From NCBI RefSeq assembly GCF_009914755.1, contig NC_060925.1: a stretch of DNA of 64,000 nucleotides; one strand, given 5' to 3'. Source of the DNA: the human T2T-CHM13v2.0 reference genome, Homo sapiens. Position numbers and translations under genes: made by a program. The notes below the pieces were generated by a model, which worked only from the letters and a program-made list of their open reading frames with translations, did not search any database and was not told the origin of the DNA. This document shows positions 14,001 to 28,000 of the stretch, piece after piece (position 1 is the first letter of the stretch; each line of letters begins with the position of its first letter).

Positions 14001-15017
14001 ATCGTCATCGGATGGAAATGAATGGAATCATCATCGAATGGAATCGAATAGAATTATGGAATGAAATCCAGTGTGATCATCATCGAATGGACCCGAATGG
14101 AATCATCATCCAACGGAAGCTAATGGAATCAACATCAAATGAATCGAATGGAAACACCATCGAATTGAAACGAATGGAATTACCATGAAATTGAAATGGA
14201 TGGACTCATCATCGAATGGATTCGAATGGAATCATCGAATAAAATTGATTGAAATCATCATCGAATGGTATCGAATGGTATCATTGAATGGAATCGAATG
14301 GAATCATCATCAGATGGAAATGAATGGAATCGTCATAGAATGGAATCGAATGGATTCATTGAATTGAATCAGATGGAATCATCGAATGGACTGGAATGGA
14401 ATCATTGAATGGACTCGAAAGGGATCATTATTGAATGGAATTGAATGGAATCATCGAATGGTCTCGATTGGAATCATTATCAAATGGAATCGAATGGAAT
14501 CACCGAATAGAATCGAATGGAACAATCATCGAATGGACTCAAATGGAATTATCCTCAAATGGAATCGAATGGAATTATCGAATGCAATCGAATGGAATTA
14601 TCGAATGCAATCGAATAGAATCATCGAATGGACTCGAATGGAATCATCGAATGGAATGGAATGGAACAGTCAATGAACTCGAATGGAATCATCATTGAAT
14701 GGAATCGAATCGAATCATCGAGTGGAATCGAATGGAAATATGATCAAATGGAATCGAATGTAATCATCATCAAATGGAATCAAAAATAAACATCATCAAT
14801 TGGTATTGAATGGAATTCTCATCAAATGGAATTCAAAGGAATCATCATCAAATGGAACTGAATGGAATCCTCATTGAATGGAAATGAAAGGGGTCATCAT
14901 CTAATGGAATCGCATGGAATCATCATCAAATGGAATCGAATGGAATCATCATCAAATGGAATCTGATGGAATCATTGAACAGAATTGAATGGAAACGTCA
15001 TCGAATGAATTGAATGC

Positions 15018-15311
15018 AATCATCGAATGGTCTCGAATGTAATCACATTCTAATGGAAAGGAATGGAATCATCGCATAGAATCGAATGGAATTAACATTG
15101 AATGGACTCGAATGGAATCAACATCAAACGGAATCAAGCGGAATTATCGAATGGAATCGAAGAGAATCATCGAATGGTCTCGAAGGGAATCATCTTCTAA
15201 TGGAAAGGAATGGAATCATCGCATAGAATCGAATGGAATTAACATTGAATGGACTCGAATGGAATCAACATCAAATGGAATCAAGCGGAATTATCGAATG
15301 AAATCGAAGAG
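15018..15311 (+). repeat. 147-bp tandem duplication within a divergent subunit A
   Basis: A-to-B spacing is 615 = 468+147 (14989 to 15604). The word attaacattgaatggactcga appears twice, 147 bp apart. Confidence 0.85.
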
Positions 15312-18300
15312 AATCATCGAATGGACTCGAATGGAATCATCTAATGGAATGGAATGGAATAATCCACGGACTCGAATGCAATCATCATCCTATAGAATCA
15401 AATGGAATCATCGAAAGGACTCGAATGGAATAACCATTGAACGGAATCGAATGGAATCATCATCGGATGGAAACGAATGGAATCATCATCGAATGGAAAT
15501 GAAATGAGTCATCATCTAATGGAATTGCATGGAATCATCATAAAATGGAATCGAATGGAATCATCATCAACTGGAATCAAATGGAATCATTGAACGGAAT
15601 TCAATGGAATCGTCATCGAATGAATTGAATGCAATCATCGAATGGTCTCGAATGGAATCATCTTCAAATGGAATGGAATGGAATCATCGCATAGAATCGA
15701 ATGGAATTATCATCGAATGGAATCGAATGGTATCAACATCAAACGGAAAAAAACGGAATTATCGAATGGAATCAAAGAGAATCTTCGAACGGACCCGAAT
15801 GGAATCATCTAATGGAATGGAATGGAATAATCCATGGACTCGAATGCAATCATCATCGAATGGAATCGAATGGAATCATTGAAAGGACTCGAACGGAATA
15901 ATCATTGAACGGAATCGAATGGAATCATCATCGGATGGAAATGAATGGAATCATCATCGAATGGAATCGAATAGAATTATGGAATGAAATCCAGTGTGAT
16001 CATCATCGAATGGACCCGAATGGAATCATCATCCAACGGAAGCTAATGGAATCAACATCGAATGAATCGAATGGAAACACCATCGAATTGAAACGAATGG
16101 AATTATCATGAAATTGAAATGGGTGGACTCATCATCGAATGGATTCGAAAGGAATCATCGAATAAAATTGATTGAAATCATCATCGAATGGAATCGAATG
16201 GTATCATTGAATGGAATCGAATGGAATCATCATCAGATGGAAATGAATGGAATCGTCATAGAATGGAATCGAATGGATTCATTGAATGGAATCAGATGGA
16301 ATCATCGAATGGACTGGAATGGAATCATTGAATGGACTCGAAAGAGATCATGATTGAATGGAATTGAATGGAATCATCGAATGGTCTCGATTGGAATCAT
16401 TATCAAATGGAATCGAATGGAATCACCGAATAGAATCGAATGGAACAATCATCGAATGGACTCAAATGGAATTATCCTCAAATGGAATCGAATGGAATTA
16501 TCGAATGCAATCGAATGGAATTATCGAATGCAATCGAATAGAATCATCGAATGGACTCGAATGGAATCATCGAATGGAATGGAATGGAACAGTCAATGAA
16601 CTCGAATGGAATCATCATTGAATGGAATCGAATGGAATCATCGAGTGGAATCGAATGGAATTATGATCAAATGGAATCGAATATAATCATCATCAAATGG
16701 AATCAAAAATAACCATCATCAATTGGTATTGAATGGAATTTTCATCAAATGGAATTCAAAGGAAACATCATCTAATGGAACCGAATGGAATCCTCATTGA
16801 ATGGAAATGAAAGGGGTCATCATCTAATGGAATTGCATGGAATCATCATCAAATGGAATCGAATGGAATCATCATCAAATGGAATCTAATGGAATCATTC
16901 AACAGAATTGAATGGAATCGTCATCGAATGAATTGAATGCAATCATCGAATGGTCTCGAATGGAACCATCTTCTAATGGAAAGGAATGGAATCATCGCAT
17001 AGAATCGAATGGAATTGTCATCGAATGGAATCGAATGGTAACAACACCAAACGGAAAAAAACGGAATTATCGAATGGAATCGAAGAGAATCTTCGAACGG
17101 ACCCGAATGGAATCATCTAATGGAATGGAATGGAATAATCCATGGACTCGAATGCAATCATCATCGAATGGAATCGAATGGAATCATCGAATGGACTCGA
17201 ATGGAATAATCATTGAACGGAATCGAATGGAATCATCATCGGATGGAAACGAATGGAATCATTATCGGATGGGAATGAAAGGAGTCATCATCTAATGGAA
17301 TTGCATGGAATCATCATAAAATGGAATCGAATGGAATCAACATCAAATGGAATCAAATGGAATCATTGAACGGAATTGAATGGAATCGTCATCGAATGAA
17401 TTGAATGCAATCATCGAATGGTCTCGAATGGAATCATCTTCAAATGGAATGGAATGGAATGGAATCATCGCATAGAATCGAATGGAATTATCATCGAATG
17501 TAATAGAATGGAATCAACACCAAACGGAAAAAAACGGAATTATCGAATGGAATCGAAGAGAATCATCGAATGGACCCGAATGGAATCATCTAATGGAATG
17601 GAATGGAATAATCCATGGACTCGAATGCAATCATCATCGAATGGAATCGAATGGAATCATCGAATAGACTCGAATGGAATAATCATTGAACGGAATCGAA
17701 TGGAATCATCATCGGATGGAAACGAATGGAATCATCATTGAATGGAATCGAATAGAATTATGGAATGAAATCCAGTGTGATCATCATCGAATGGACCCGA
17801 ATGGAATCATCATCCAACGGAAGCTAATGGAATCAACATCGAATGAATCGAATGGAAACACCATCGAATTGAAACGAATGGAATTACCATGAAATTGAAA
17901 TGGATGGACTCATCATCAAATGGATTCGAATGGAATCATCGAATAAAATTGATTGAAATCATCATCGAATGGAATCGAATGGTATCATTGAATGGAATCG
18001 AATGGAATCATCATCAGATGGAAATGAATGGAATCGTCATAGAATGGAATCGAATGGATTCATTGAATGGAATCAGATGGAATCATTGAATGGACTGGAA
18101 TGGAATCATTGAATGGACTCGAAAGGGATCATTATTGAATGGAATTGAATGGAATCATCGAATGGTCTCGATTGGAATCATTATCAAATGGAATCGAATG
18201 GAATCACCGAATAGAATCGAATGGAACAATCATCGAATGGACTCAAATGGAATTATCCTCCAATGGAATCGAATGGAATTATCGAATGCAATCGAATGGA

Positions 18301-20938
18301 ATTATCGAATGCAATCGAATAGAATCATCGAATGGACTCGAATGGAATCATCGAATGGAATGGAATGGAACAGTCAATGAACTCGAATGGAATCATCATT
18401 GAATGGAATCGAATGGAATCATCGAGTGGAATCGAAAGGAATTATGACAAAATGGAATCGAATGGAGTCATCATCAAATGGAATCAAAAATAACCATCAT
18501 CAATTGGTATTGAATGGAATTGTCATCAAATGGAATTCAAAGGAATCATCATCAAATGGAACCGAATGGAATCCTCATTGATTGGAAATGAAAGGGGTCA
18601 TCATCTAATGGAATCGCATGGAATCATCATGAAATGGAATCGAATGGAATCATCATCAAATGGAATCTAATGGAATCATTGAACAGAATTGAATGGAATC
18701 GTCATCGAATGAATTGAATGCAATCATCGAATGGTCTCGAATGGAATCATCTTCTAATGGAAAGGAATGGAATCATCGCATAGAATCGAATGGAATTATC
18801 ATCGAATGGAATCGAATGGTATCAACACCAAACGGAAAAAAACGGAATTATCGAATGGAATCGAAGAGAATCTTCGAACGGACCCGAAAGGAATCATCTA
18901 ATGGAATGGAATGGAATAATCCATGGACTCGAATGCAATCATCATCGAATGGAATCGAATGGAAACATCGAATGGACTCGAATGGAATAATCATTGAACG
19001 GAATCGAATGGAATCATCATCGGATGGAAACGAATGGAATCATCATCGAATGGAAATGAAAGGAGTCATCATCTAATGGAATTGCATGGAATCATCATCA
19101 AATGGAATCGAATGGAATCAACATCAAATGGAATCAAATGGAATCATTGAACGGAATTGAATGGAATCGTCATCGAATGAATTGAATGCAATCATCGAAT
19201 GGTCTCGAATGGAATCATCTTCAAATGGAATGGAATGGAATCATCGCATAGAATCGAATGGAATTATCATCGAATGGAATCGAATGGAATCAACATCAAA
19301 CGGAAAAAAACGGAATTATCGAATGGAATCGAAGAGAATCATCGAATGGACCCGAATGGAATCATCTAATGGAATGGAATGGAATAATCCATGGACTCGA
19401 ATGCAATCATCATCGAATGGAATCGAATGGAATCATCGAATGGACTCGAATGGAATAATCATTGAACGGAATCGAATGGAATCATCATCGGATGGAAATG
19501 TAAGGAGTCATCATCTAATGGAATCGCATGGAATCATCATCAAATGGAATCGAATGGAATCATCATCAAATGGAATCTAATGGAATCATTGAAAGAATTG
19601 AATGGAATCATCATCGAATGAATTGAATGCAATCATCGAATGGTCTCGAATGGAATCATCTTCTAATGGAAAGGAATGGAATCATCGCATAGAATCGAAT
19701 GGAATTATCATCGAATGGAATCGAATGGTATCAACACCAAACGGAAAAAAACGGAATTATCGAATGGAATCGAAGAGAATCATCGAATGCACCCGAATGG
19801 AATCATCTAATGGAATGGAATGGAATAATCCATGGACTCGAATGCAATCATCATCGAATGGAATCGAATGGAATCATCGAATGGACTCGAATGGAATAAT
19901 CATTGAACGGAATCGAATGGAATCATCATCGGATGGAAACGAATGGAATCATCATCGAATGGAATCGAATAGAATTATGGAATGAAATCCAGTGTGATCA
20001 TCATCGAATGGACCCGAATGGAATCATCATCCAACGTAAGCTAATGGAATCAACATCGAATGAATCGAATGGAAACACCATCGAATTGAAACGAATGGAA
20101 TTACCATGAAATTGAAATGGATGGACTCATCATCGAATGGATTCGAATGGAATCATCGAATAAAATTGATTGAAATCATCATCGAATGGTATCGAATGGT
20201 ATCATTGAATGGAATCGAATGGAATCATCCTCAGATGGAAATGAATGGAATCGTCATAGAATGGAATCGAATGGATTCATTGAATGGAATCAGATGGAAT
20301 CATCGAATGGACTGGAATGGAATCATTGAATGGACTCGAAAGGGATCATTATTGAATGGAATTGAATGGAATCATCGAATGGTCCCGATTGGAATCATTA
20401 TCAAATGGAATCGAATGGAATCACCGAATAGAATCGAATGGAACAATCATCGAATGGACTCAAATGGAATTATCCTCAAATGGAATCGAATGGAATTATC
20501 GAATGCAATCGAATGGAATTATCGAATGCAATCGAATAGAATCATCGAATGGACTCGAATGGAATCATCGAATGGAATGGAATGGAACAGTCAATGAACT
20601 CGAATGGAATCATCATTGAATGGAATCGAATGGAATCATCGAGTGGAATCGAATGGAATTATGATCAAATGGAATCGAATGTAATCATCATCAAATGGAA
20701 TCAAAAATAACCATCATCAATTGGTATTGAATGGAATTGTCATCAAATGGAATTCAAAGGAATCATCATCAAATGGAACTGAATGGAATCCTCATTGAAT
20801 GGAAATGAAAGGGGTCATCATCTAATGGAATCGCATGGAATCATCATCAAATGGAATCGAATGGAATCATCATCAAATGGAATCTGATGGAATCATTGAA
20901 CAGAATTGAATGGAATCGTCATCGAATGAATTGAATTC

Positions 20939-21232
20939 AATCATCGAATGGTCTCGAATGTAATCACATTCTAATGGAAAGGAATGGAATCATCGCATAG
21001 AATCGAATGGAATTAACATTGAATGGACTCGAATGGAATCAACATCAAACGCAATCAAGCGGAATTATCGAATGGAATCGAAGAGAATCATCGAATGGTC
21101 TCGAATGGAATCATCTTCTAATGGAAAGGAATGGAATCATCTCATAGAATCGAATGGAATTAACATTGAATGGACTCGAATGGAATCAACATCAAATGCA
21201 ATCAAGCGGAATTGTCGAATGAAATCGAAGAG
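20939..21232 (+). repeat. Second copy of the 147-bp-duplicated divergent subunit A
   Basis: 20910 to 21525 is 615 bp. It shares the rare words tgtaatcacattc, atctgatgg and aataaccattg with the 15-kb copy. Confidence 0.85.
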
Positions 21233-24200
21233 AATCATCGAATGGACTCGAATGGAATCATCTAATGGAATGGAATGGAATAATCCACGGACTCGAATGC
21301 AATCATCATCGTATAGAATCGAATGGAATCATCGAAAGGACTCGAATGGAATAACCATTGAACGGAATCGAATGGAATCATCATCGGATGGAAACGAATG
21401 GAATCATCATCGAATGGAAATGAAAGGAGTCATCATCTAATGGAATTGCATGGAATCATCATAAAATGGAATCGAATGGAATCATCATCAAATGGAATCA
21501 AATGGAATCATTGAACGGAATTGAATGGAATCGTCATCGAATGAATTGAATGCAATCATCGAATGGTCTCGAATGGAATCATCTTCAAATGGAATGGAAT
21601 GGAATCATCGCATAGAATCGAATGGAATTATCATCGAATGGAATCGAATGGTATCAACATCAAACGGAAAAAAACGGAATTATCGAATGGAATCGAAGAG
21701 AATCTTCGAACGGACCCGAATGGAATCATCTAATGGAATGGAATGGAATAATCCATGGACTCGAATGCAATCATCATCGAATGGAATCGAATGGAATCAT
21801 TGAATGGACTCGAATGGAATAATCATTGAACGGAATCGAATGGAATCATCATCGGATGGAAATGAATGGAATCATCATCGAATGGAATCGAATAGAATTA
21901 TGGAATGAAATCCAGTGTGATCATCATCGAATGGACCCGAATGGAATCATCATCCAACGGAAGCTAATGGAATCAACATCGAATGAATCGAAAGGAAACA
22001 CCATCGAATTGTAACGAATGGAATTATCATGAAATTGAAATGGATGGACTCATCATCAAAAGGATTCGAATGGAATCATCGATTAAAATTGATTGAAATC
22101 ATCATCGAATGGAATCGAATGGTATCATTGAATGGAATCGAATGGAATCATCATCAGATGGAAATGAATGGAATCGTCATAGAATGGAATCGAATGGATT
22201 CATTGAATGGAATCAGATGGAATCATCGAATGGACTGGAATGGAATCATTGAATGGACTCGAAAGGGATCATGATTGAATGGAATTGAATGGAATCATCG
22301 AATGGTCTCGATTGGAATCATTATCAAATGGAATCGAATGGAATCACCGAATAGAATCGAATGGAACAATCATCGAATGGACTCAAATGGAATTATCCTC
22401 CAATGGAATCGAATGGAATTATCGAATGCAATCGAATGGAATTATCGAATGCAATCGAATAGAATCATCGAATGGACTCGAATGGAATCATCGAATGGAA
22501 TGGAATGGAACAGTCAATGAACTCGAATGGAATCATCATTGAATGGAATCGAATGGAATCATCGAGTGGAATCGAATGGAATTATGATCAAATGGAATCG
22601 AATGTAATCATCATCAAATGGAATCAAAAATAACCATCATCAATTGGTATTGAATGGAATTCTCATCAAATGGAATTCAAAGGAATCATCATCAAATGGA
22701 ACCGAATGGAATCCTCATTGAATGGAAATGAAAGGGGTCATCATCTAATGGAATCGCATGGAATCATCATCAAATGGAATCGAATGGAATCATCATCAAA
22801 TGGAATCTAATGGAATCATTGAAAAGAATTGAATGGAATCATCATCGAATGAATTGAATGCAATCATCGAATGGTCTCGAATGGAATCATCTTCTAATGG
22901 AAAGGAATGGAATCATCGCATAGAATCGAATGGAATTATCATCGAATGGAATCGAATGGTATCAACACCAAACGGAAAAAAACGGAATTATCGAATGGAA
23001 TCGAAGAGAATCTTCGAACGGACCCGAATGGAATCATCTAATGGAATGGAATGGAATAATCCACGGACTCGAATGCAATCATCATCGAATGGAATCGAAT
23101 GGAATCATCGAATGGACTCGAATGGAATAATCATTGAACGGAATCGATTGGAATCATCATCGGATGGAAACGAATGGAATCATCATCGAATGGAAATGAA
23201 AGGAGTCATCATCTAATGGAATTGCATGGAATCATCATAAAACGGAATCGAATGGAATCATCATCAAATGGAATCAAATGGAATCATTGAACGGAATTGA
23301 ATGGAATCGTCATCGAATGAATTGACTGCAATCATCGAATGGTCTCGAATGGAATCATCTTCAAATGGAATGGAATGGAATCATCGCATAGAATCGAATG
23401 GAATTATCATCGAATGGAATCGAATGGTATCAACACCAAACGGAAAAAAACGGAATTATCAAATGGAATCGAAGAGAATCTTCGAACGGACCCGAATGGA
23501 ATCATCTAATGGAATGGAATGGAATAATCCATGGACTCGAATGCAATCATCATCGAATGGAATCGAATGGAATCATCGAATGGACTCGAATGGAATAATC
23601 ATTGAACGGAATCGAATGGAATCATCATCGGATGGAAACGAATGGAATCATCATCGAATGGAAATGAAAGGAGTCATCATCTAATGGAATTGCATGGAAT
23701 CATCATAAAATGGAATCGAATGGAATCAACATCAAATGGAATCAAAAGGAATCATTGAACGGAATTGAATGGAATCGTCATCGAATGAATTGACTGCAAT
23801 CATCCAATGGTCTCGAATGGAATCATCTTCAAATGGAATGGAATGGAATCATCGCATAGAATCGAATGGAATTATCATCGAATGGAATCGAATGGAATCA
23901 ACATCAAACGGAAAAAAACGGAATTATCGAATGGAATCGAAGAGAATCATCGAATGGACCCGAATGGAATCATCTAATGGAATGGAATGGAATAATCCAT
24001 GGACTCGAATGCAATCATCATCGAATGGAATCGAATGGAATCATCGAATGGACTCGAATGGAATAATCATTGAACGGAATCGAATGGAATCATCATCGGA
24101 TGGAAATGAATGGAATCATCATCGAATGGAATCGAATAGAATTATGGAATGAAATCCAGTGTGATCATCATCGAATGGACCCGAATGGAATCATCATCCA

Positions 24201-25076
24201 ACGGAAGCTAATGGAATCAACATCGAATGAATCGAATGGAAACACCATCGAATTGAAACGAATGGAATTATCATGAAATTGAAATGGATGGACTCATCAT
24301 CGAATGGATTCGAATGGAATCATCGAATAAAATTGATTGAAATCATCATCGAATGGAATCGAATGGTATCATTGAATGGAATCGAATGAAATCATCATCA
24401 GATGGAAATGAATGGAATCGTCATAGATTGGAATCGAATGGATTCATTGAATGGAATCAGATGGAATCATCGAATGGACTGGAATGGAATCATTGAATGG
24501 ACTCGAAAGGGATCATGATTGAATGGAATTGAATGGAATCATCGAATGGTCTCGATTGGAATCATTATCAAATGGAATCGAATGGAATCAACGAATAGAA
24601 TCGAATGGAACAATCATCGAATGGACTCAAATGGAATTATCCTCCAATGGAATCGAATGGAATTATCGAATGCAATCGAATGGAATTATCGAATGCAATC
24701 GAATAGAATCATCGAATGGACTCGAATGGAATCATCGAATGGAATGGAATGGAACAGTCAATGAACACGAATGGAATCATCATTGAATGGAATCGAATGG
24801 AATCATCGAGTGGAATCGAATTGAATTATGATCAAATGGAATCGAATGTAATCATCATCAAATGGAATCAAAAATAACCATCATCAATTGCTATTGAATG
24901 GAATTGTCATCAAATGGAATTCAAAGGAATCATCATCAAATGGAACCGAATGGAATCCTCATTGAATGGAAATGAAAGGGGTCATCATCTAATGGAATCG
25001 CATGGAATCATCATCAAATGGAATCAAATGGAATCATCATCAAATGGAATCTAATGGAATCATTGAACAGAATTGA

Positions 25077-28000
25077 ATGGAATCGTCATCGAATGAATTG
25101 AATGCAATCATCGAATGGTCTCGAATGGAATCATCTTCTAATGGAAAGGAATGGAATCATCGCATAGAATCGAATGGAATTATCATCGAATGGAATCGAA
25201 TGGTATCAACACCAAACGGAAAAAAACGGAATTATCGAATGGAATCGAAGAGAATCTTCGAACGGACACGAATGGAATCATCTAATGGAATGGAATGGAA
25301 TAATCCATGGACTCGAATGCAATCATCATCGAATGGAATCGAATGGAATCATCCAATGGACTCGAATGGAATAATCATTGAACGGAATCGAATGGAATCA
25401 TCATCGGATGGAAACGAATGGAATCATCATCGAATGGAAATGAAAGGAGTCATCATCTAATGGAATTGCATGGAATCATCATAAAATGGAATCGAATGGA
25501 ATCAACATCAAATGGAATCAAATGGAATCATTGAACGGAATTGAATGGAATCGTCATCGAATGAATTGAATGCAATCATCGAATGGTCTCGAATGGAATC
25601 ATCTTCAAATGGAATGGAATGGAATCATCGCATAGAATCGAATGGAATTATCATCGAATGGAATCGAATGGAATCAACATCAAACGGAAAAAAACGGAAT
25701 TATCGAATGGAATCGAAGAGAATCATCGAATGGACCCGAATGGAATCATCTAATGGAATGGAATGGAATAATCCATGGACTCGAATGCAATCATCATCGA
25801 ATGGAATCGAATGGAATCATCGAGTGGACTCGAATGGAATAATCATTGAACGGAATCGAATGGAATCATCATCGGATGGAAATGAATGGAATCATCATCG
25901 AATGGAATCGAATAGAATTATGGAATTAAATCCAGTGTGATCATCATCGAATGGACCCGAATGGAATCATCATCCAACGGAAGCTAATGGAATCAACATC
26001 GAATGAATCAAATGGAAACAACATCGAATTGAAACGAATGGAATTATCATGAAATTGAAATGGATGGACTCATCATCGAATGGATTCGAATGGAATCATC
26101 GAATAAAATTGATTGAAATCATCATCGAATGGAATCGAATGGTATCATTGAATGGAATCGAATGGAATCATCATCAGATGGAAATGAATGGAATCGTCAT
26201 AGAATGGAATCGAATGGATTCATTGAATGGAATCAGATGGAATCATCGAATGGACTGGAATGGAATCATTGAATGGACTCGAAAGGGATCATGATTGAAT
26301 GGAATTGAATGGAATCATCGAATGGTCTCGATTGGAATCATTATCAAATGGAATCGAATGGAATCACCGAATAGAATCGAATGGAACAATCATCGAATGG
26401 ACTCAAATGGAATTATCCTCAAATGGAATCGAATGGAATTATCGAATGCAATCGAATGGAATTATCGAATGCAATCGAATAGAATCATCGAATGGACTCG
26501 AATGGAATCATCGAATGGAATGGAATGGAACAGTCAATGAACTCGAATGGAATCATCATTGAATTGAATCGAATGGAATCATCAAGTGGAATCGAATGGA
26601 ATTATGATCAAATGGAATCGAATGTAATCATCATCAAATGGAATCAAAAATAACCATCATCAATTGGTATTGAATGGAATTGTCATCAAATGGAATTCAA
26701 AGGAATCATCATCAAATGGAACCGAATGGAATCCTCATTGAATGGAAATGAAAGGGGTCATCATCTTATGGAATCGCATGGAATCATCATCAAATGGAAT
26801 CGAATGGAATCATCATCAAATGGAATCTAATGGAATCATTGAACAGAATTGAATGGAATCGTCATCGAATGAATTGAATGCAATCATCGAATGGTCTCGA
26901 ATGGAATCATCTTCTAATGGAAAGGAATGGAATCATCGCATAGAATCGAATGGAATTATCATCGAATGGAATCGAATGGTATCAACACCAAACGGAAAAA
27001 AACGGAATTATCGAATGGAATCGAAGAGAATCTTCGAACGGACCCGAATGGAATCATCTAATGGAATGGAATGGAATAATCCATGGACTCGAATGCAATC
27101 ATCATCGAATGGAATCGAATGGAATCATCGAATGGACTCGAATGGAATAATCATTGAAAGGAATCGAATGGAATCATCATCGGATGGAAACGAATGGAAT
27201 CATCATCGAATGGAAATGAAAGGAGTCATCATCTAATGCAATTGCATGGAATCATCATCAAATGGAATCGAATGGAATCATTGAACAGAATTGAATGGAA
27301 TCGTCATCGAATGAATTGACTGCAATCATCGAGTGGTCTCGAATGGAATCATCTTCAAATGGAATGGAATGGAATCATCGCATAGAATCGAATGGAATTA
27401 TCATCGAATGGAATCGAATGGAATCAACATCAAACGGAAAAAAACGGAATTATCGAATGGAATCGAAGAGAATCATCGAATGGACCCGAATGGAATCATC
27501 TAATGGAATGGAATGGAATAATCCATGGACTCGAATGCAATCATCATCGAATGGAATCGAATGGAATCATCGAATGGACTCGAATGGAATAATCATTGAA
27601 GGGAATCGAATGGAATCATCATCGGATGGAAATGAATGGAATCATCATCGAATGGAATCGAATAGAATTATGGAATGAAATCCAGTGTGATCATCTTCGA
27701 ATGGACCCGAATGGAATCATCATCCAACGGAAGCTAATGGAATCAACATCGAATGAATCGAATGGAAACACCATCGAATTGAAACGAATGGAATTATCAT
27801 GAAATTGAAATGGATGGACTCATCATCGGATGGATTCGAATGGAATCATCGAATAAAATTGATTGAAATCATCATCCAATGGAATCGAATGGTATCATTG
27901 AATGGAATCGAATGGAATCATCATCAGATGGAAATGAATGGAATCGTCATAGAATGGAATCGAATGGATTCATTGAATGGAATCAGATGGAATCATCGAA

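Larger units (their letters stand above)
5674..25076 (+). repeat. Structurally disordered HSat2 domain (unit lengths 1062-2686 bp)
   Basis: Subunit-A anchor positions 5674, 7254, 8316, 10108, 12303, 14989, 16912, 18693, 20910, 22833, 25077 give spacings 1580, 1062, 1792, 2195, 2686, 1923, 1781, 2217, 1923, 2244. None is 1776. Confidence 0.9.
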
